DNA of 64,000 nucleotides from Eledone cirrhosa (lineage: Eukaryota), in contig OZ024746.1 of NCBI GenBank assembly GCA_964016885.1, positions 40,424,001 through 40,488,000 of the forward strand, given 5' to 3'. Shown one piece after another: positions 57,419 to 64,000 of the stretch. Below the pieces are notes generated by a model. It searched no databases and was not told the DNA's origin. It saw only the letters and a program-made list of their open reading frames with translations. The translations under genes and the position numbers were made by a program. Every line of letters begins with the position of its first letter. The stretch's first letter is position 1.

Positions 57419-60249
57419 TATATATATATATGTATATGTGTGTGTGTATATATATATATATACTCTGTGTGTGTATATGTATCTGTGTGTGTATGCATGT
57501 ATGTATGTATGTATATGTATGCATGCATGTATATATGCATATGTACATATACTACAGTCATCACTAGCATCAGGTATGACTTAGTAATATGTACCATGCT
57601 TTTGCTAAGGGGTTTAAGTGCCCATTCATTTGAGAGCAGACATAGACACCCTCTCAACTGTCCCTCCCTGGATGTGGCAGCTGGAAGGAAAGAGGTTTAC
57701 ACCAGCAAAGGCAGCATTTGAACTCAGAATGCAGAGACTTGGAACAATTATTTAACACTCTAACAACTCTTCCAAATTGTCTGCCACATAATTGTCTACT
57801 CACTGTAAATGAGCTTGGAGTTAGGAAGGGCATCCAGCTGTAGAAACCAAGCCAAAATTAGTTCAGTATGAGCAAGACATGATCACCTGACCTAACATTG
57901 CCCACAACAGAATAACTTGTCAACCCATGCCAGCGTGGAAAAATGGATATAAAACGATGATGATCATGTATACATATATATATCGGGGGAGGGGGGGTAT
58001 GTCAGGATGTGTGCATGTATTAAGTTATACAAGAAATTAAATAAAAACAAGTAATAAAGAATGAAATGTGACTGTATCAATGAAAACTGAAGTTAAGATG
58101 GAATTCTATACTAACTTATGATCATAGTGAGGATGAGGAAAAATAAAACTGATCAATAAAATTCTTACACAATAGTTATTAACTTGCTGTATTTTCATTC
58201 ATCCAGCCTTCCGAGTCATATCATTGATTAGTTATTGTAGATGAACGTGGGAGTGAAAACTGATATAACATGTAGTTAGCCTGTTATGTATAATAGTGAG
58301 TTTCCAGTGTTCCCGAGTCAGAAAGAAGGATTGATTATTTTCTGCAATCCAATCAGCCATATCAGACAAACCTCCTCCCCCTTTTTTTCTTGTATTAAAA
58401 TTCCATTTACGTCTCGGATGCAATGCCTTCTTCTTTAGTCCCCTTTGCTCCCTATGGAACATTGAGCAATGAGAAATCTTTTTTCTGCTGTTGCAAGCTT
58501 TACCATGGCCTGCTTGCTGGCCAGGTATCTGTTCGTCATTTTTGTAACAATTTCAATAAAAAAAAACAAAAACGTAGTAGTCTGCAGTCCTCAAAAGTAA
58601 TGTAATCCAATACTTTGTAGCTCAGTTTGAAAACCATTTTAGGCCTTGAGTAAAAGGAAAGCAATATTATTCAGGAATGAAAATGGTGTTAGATGAAAGA
58701 ATAGGAACTTATTATAGAAAAGATGTTATCTCAACTAAACCTGAAAAACCATTAGTATTTTTCATGGTCCACTTTTAGTGTATTCTGCAAAATTTTTATC
58801 CATGGTAGTAAAATCCTTAGTATATTGACCTCATTTCCTAGGACACTTCAACATCTATTGATTAACTAATGTAGTCATATTGAAATATGTGATGTGCATA
58901 TCTGAAGGCTTTTCTTTGTACTGATTCCAGGTTATGTTTTACTTTGTAAATGGGTTTCACATGGGGCTAGCATGTTTCATAATGTATTTACAAATAATTT
59001 TGTAAATAAAGATCTGGGTTTCAAGGTTGGTGTTTCTGAGGAACGTCATAGAATTTATTGTTCTGACTCTTTTCGTTCTGAGTTCAAATCCCATCGAGGT
59101 TAGCTTTGCCTTTCATTCTTACATGGTCAATAAAATAAAGTATCAGTAATGCACTGGGGTCGATTTAATTGAATTTCTCTTTTGCCAAAATTGTTGGCCT
59201 TGTGCCTAAATCAGAAACCATTATTATTATTGAGACAATGTGTGTATCCAGTTTAGAATGGGCACACCATATCCCTGTATGTTGTATGAAGAAACTAAAA
59301 GGGCTAGTGTTAGAAAGGGCATCTAGGTGTAAAATATTACCACAAAAGTCCCGTCCAACCCATGCCAGAATGGAAAAATCCAAACTGAAGTTGTAAGTAA
59401 TAGTATGATAATATCAAGATATTTAAATTGCTTCTGTCTAAGTTCATATCTTTGACTTTCTATGAGTAGTCATGTTCTAGGATGCCAATTGTTGCTATTT
59501 CATATCTTGGGGTATTAAATTTCATTTGCCATAAATTGGCCAATGCTTCTAATAGTTGTTTCTACTTTTGGCACAAGGCCAGCAATTACCCCAGTGCATT
59601 ACTGGTGCTTTATTTTATCAACCTTGTAAGGATGAAAGGTAAAGTTAACCTCGGCGATGTTTGAACTCAGAACCTAAAGGGCCATAACTCTATGCTGCAA
59701 AGCATGGTGTCTGATGTTCTTCTGATACTGCCAATCCACCACCTGTCTAATAATGAAAGTTCTTGATGTGTAACCAGCATAAACAAAGAACATATGTTCA
59801 CTTCTACACAAATATTTGTGCTTATATTTATTTTAACTTGACAATTGCTAAATTTACCTAACAGTCTATCATTCCTTATTTATATTCTATTCCTGTACCT
59901 GCTTCAATTATAACAAAAAAAATACAGCCATTAATGTTTTTAACAGTTGAGTTGCTTCTGCCAATACATTTTAGAATGATAATCTGTTTCATTGCTGATG
60001 GCACTTTCATAATGTAGCTTTAAAGATGGTAGGGAGGGGGTTAGACTTCAAATTGCAGCTAAAAAACTAGTTTCAACAAAATTGATACCAAAAATTAACA
60101 AGCCCTCGGGTCTCAATATCCCCTTTTCATCTTTCCTTCTGTCATCAATAGCAATGTGTTGTAAGAAATATATTGTTAAGCTTATATACTTGGCTATCAT
60201 GTTTTGTAATTATGAATTTCACAGCTTTGCTATTCTGAATTAAAACAAT

Positions 60250-60843
60250 TAATAATAATAATAATAATAATAATGAAATTATTGTGTACAGTGCTCAGGT
60301 GCACTACAACTCATCAAAGGTGCATGTATAGTACATAGAATAATGTACAAATGTCAGGAAAATGAACAGTGTATGAGTCATGATATAATAACAATAACAA
60401 TAATGAAATATTGTGTACAGTGCCCAGGTGCACCACAACTCATCAAAAAAGTGCATGTACAGTACATAGGGCAATGCACAAACATCAGTAAAATGAACAG
60501 TGCACGAGTCATGATACACACATGTGTGCATGTGTATGGAAGGGGTACATCAGGTGTAGTTTTGGCGTATTTCGGGAAGCATGAGTGTCTTAAAGGATGC
60601 AGTGTCTCGGCAGCTAACAATTGACGCAGGCAGTTTGTTCCATGCTTCAGCAACTCTGAGCGTGAAAAAATGTCTGCGAAAGTCATGGGAGCTGTGCTGT
60701 TTTCTTATCTTGTAGGCATGTCCACGTGTGCTAGACACATGGAGATCAAAGAGGCGCTCAGGGTTGCAGTTGGCGAGATGGTTAAAAACTTTGTGGGTAT
60801 TCACCAAGTCCATTGCCAGACGTCGGAGCTTCAATGAATCCAT
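60250..60843 (-). mobile_element. 3' fragment of the same CR1/L2-type LINE as 7127-10830
   Basis: MDSLKLRRLAMDL...IRQNYT is nearly identical to the ORF2 C-terminus; same 3' UTR and (ATT)n tail. Confidence 0.93.
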
Positions 60844-63800
60844 TAGTTGGACAAATCCAGTTTTTATCTTCAAACAGTTTCAGAAGTCATTAATTTAAAT
60901 ACAGAAATGCTAGAGGTTAAAAATTTTAGAAGATATAAAATCCAAATTAGAAACATTGTGCTAAAGATGCCAATGATGATCATGATGTTTTGCATAAATA
61001 CCTATCTCTAGTTTCTATAGAGATAAACTGATGCAAGACAAATCTGCCTATAAAGTAAGCTGCTGGTCATTCACACATGAATTCTTCGCATAATCCTTGT
61101 GAGCCAACAAAACATTCATCACTTTTATTTATAGCTAAGTGGGTCTGTTGATTTGAGAAGTGAAAGAGAAGTGGACTTTGCCACAAAATCTGGTGGTGCT
61201 GACAAGATACAAACCTTTAATATATATATATATGTATATATATATATAATTTTTAGGGAAATTTGTATTTTCTGACATGTCTACATGCCTACATATTAGA
61301 TATGTGTATATATTAATACATGTCTCAGTTACACACTTTCTTTTTATACAGATATATAACTTTATCATACATTTTGGCTGCTAACACACTTCTTATATAT
61401 AAATATGTATAGTCCTACCCATGCTAGCATGGAAAATGGATGTTAAACAATGATGATGATATATATATATTTAGTATCAAGGAAACAAAAATTGAACAAA
61501 TAAGAGGATGCATTAACATAAAATCGTATTAGTTTCACACTTAGAAGAAAAAGAGTGAGTTAAGAGAAATGTGCTCCTCTCCATATTCTGCTTCCCTCTT
61601 CTTCCTTCCACATCCCCAGTTCACCTTCTTTCCTAGCCCATGTCAGCATGGAAAGATGTACTCCAACCCACGTCCCTGATTCACTTCTTATCCAATCCAT
61701 TCCATTCCAGTATAGGAAACCAGGCATGTCTCACAGTATACCACTAGACATAACTCACTCTCTTCAAGGCCACCTCTTGACCTGACACATCCTCTCTCAT
61801 GGAGGTTTGACTGCCTCCCATGTAGTGGTGTCATGATAAAAATACACCCAACACACTCTGTAAAGTGGTAGTGCTGGTATGATGACTAAAAGCATCCAGT
61901 CAACACTGTAAGGTGGTAATGCTGGTATCATGACCAAAAGCATCCAGTCCACAGTACAGGTGCCATGTCAAAAAGCACCCAGTCCACCCTGTAAGGTGGT
62001 AATGCTGGTATCATGATAAAATGTTCCCTGTACACACTGAAAAGTGGTTGGCATTTGATAAACAACCAAAACCGGAGTGTACGAGCAAGACAGTTTCAGT
62101 AAATGACATCTCATCTAACTCATGCAAGTATGGAAAATAAACATTAAACAGTGATGATGATGATATATGTGTTTGTGTGTGTATGTGTATATAAATATAT
62201 TTTTTGGTCTACACATTAAACGTAGTAGTACACACTGTAAAGTGGTTGGTGATAGGAAGGGCATCCAGCCACAGAAAGCTTTCCAAATAAAGGGTTTGGA
62301 GGACCCTTCAGTTAAGTTAAAGACGGGACAACCTCTCTAGTGCAGATGCCAAGCTAAAATGCACTCAGTAGAGCATGTGACTGTATGTAAGCAAAATGTG
62401 GGCTCCTGGCTTGTCTATAAAGTTAGTAGACTGGCTTCAGTACTAACTGTTTGTAAAAACCCATCCAACCCTTGCTAGCAGGAAGAACAGACGTCAAATG
62501 ATGATGATGTATCAATGAAGATGAGTAGATTATACCATACTTATAAAAACATATAGGTTGGTGCCAAGAGGGGCATCTAGCTGTAGAAAAACTATTTCAA
62601 AAAGACTTGACCAACTCATGCCAACTTGGTGAAATGGCTGTAAAATCAATGATCTCTCTCTCTCTGTATGAGAGGGGGGGGGGGATAATTAGAGTGGCAG
62701 AGGAGTACATAAAATCATAAAAACACTTTTTTGCTAAAAGTGGGCAATTTTTTTTTTTTTGGCAACTACACTAGTATATTCATTTTACCAATCCAAGAAG
62801 GATAAAAATTTAAGTCAATAAGCCAGACACAGCAAAGCATCCAATCCAGTGTCCAAGCATTCACAACCTTGGAACAAAACCAAGTATTGGAGCAAACATA
62901 TAGTTGATTTAATTGACCCCGGTATTAAACTAAATTAAGCCTCCAAGGCTATAACTACCACCAAATCTCTCTCAAATTAAACCTACCGTCTTAAAAAGGG
63001 AACAATATGTTCGATAAGATGTTCCTGTATACACTATGCCTTAAAAATTATTATTGCTTAAATATATTTGATCATGGGTCTGCTCAATCAAGGTTAACCT
63101 GGAGTTAACTAATAACAAAAAATTGTAGTTGTTTGATCAACAATGTAAAGATTAAATTCAAAGATGATCCCTACCTCTCTCAGCAGGATCTGAACATGAA
63201 ATGTAACTAAATACTACAGGACATTTTTGTTCAGCACTTTCCTGCTTCTGCCATCCACCACTTTTTCTACCTTCCATTTATAAAATAACATGTTAATTAT
63301 GTAGCCCTAGATACTTCTAAAAAGGTGGAATAGTCAAAGCTATGATGTCTTTGGCTGACCTGGAGCTAAACAACAACAGCTCATAATTAAAACCATGTAA
63401 TTAGAAATTTTCATTAAATTATCAAATTATTATTGATTTCCTAATTAGGCATCAGGATAATTGTTGAATGTGCAGGGACAGGTGGTTGTAATATATTTCA
63501 ATTATGCTTGCAGGTATAGTTGAGTAGTTAAGTTTCCTTCATAATCCCTGAGATCCTGGGTTCAATCCCACTGCATGGCATCTTTAGCAAGTGTCATTGC
63601 TATAACCATAGATCAACCCTTGCCTTGTGAGGGAAATTGGGTTGATGGAAACTGTGGAGGTCTGTTGGATTGATTGTAGAAACTTGTAATTCAAATATGC
63701 AATCTTGTCACATACTGTGTCATGCAGATTTAACCTAAGAATTACTGTCAGGGTACATGTGGCTATGGAATACTCAACCATTTTCCCATTAATTTAATGA

Positions 63801-64000
63801 GTAATTAAATCAGTTGATTGATCACCTGAATGCTTATTGTCAAAACCACAGAAGATCCATTGCAGGCACTCAGGAAAATAATTATTAATTAAATGCTTGA
63901 AACAATATGTATAATATTTTTTGAACTGCAGAAGGTGGTAGATTGGCAGAATTGGTAGAACATCGGATAAAATGCCATTACGGTATTTGTTCTGAGTTCA

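Overview
AT-rich, repeat-dense animal genomic DNA. The repeat landscape (tRNA-headed SINEs, RTE LINEs with (GAT)n tails, abundant microsatellites) suggests an octopus/coleoid cephalopod, which is an inference. Two convergent host genes are present. The first is the 3' 12 coding exons of an SCFD2 (Sec1-family domain-containing 2) orthologue on + (3481-22641), hand-spliced in phase at GT-AG sites. The second is a single-coding-exon 1446-aa PPP1R3-like PP1 glycogen-targeting subunit on - (33947-38287). It has two tandem CBM21 domains, a distant KRVSF motif, two alternative Met-Gly acylation starts and a predicted spliced uORF. Between the genes is the most striking feature: a near-perfect 310-bp tandem array in which every unit carries a minimal type I hammerhead ribozyme on the minus strand (7 copies). 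This is retrozyme/Penelope-pLTR-like, and the array ends in an inverted partial copy. A second, unrelated hammerhead-bearing repeat family lies next to it and recurs at 53.2-56.5 kb, where an RTE LINE splits it. Also present are a CR1/L2-type LINE with an intact ORF2 and a GGGAAAC -1 slippery site, several RTE LINE fragments, two non-autonomous Helitrons, piggyBac/Tc1-mariner MITEs, a hAT relic and many SINEs. All calls were made by eye; no database searches or folding software were run.
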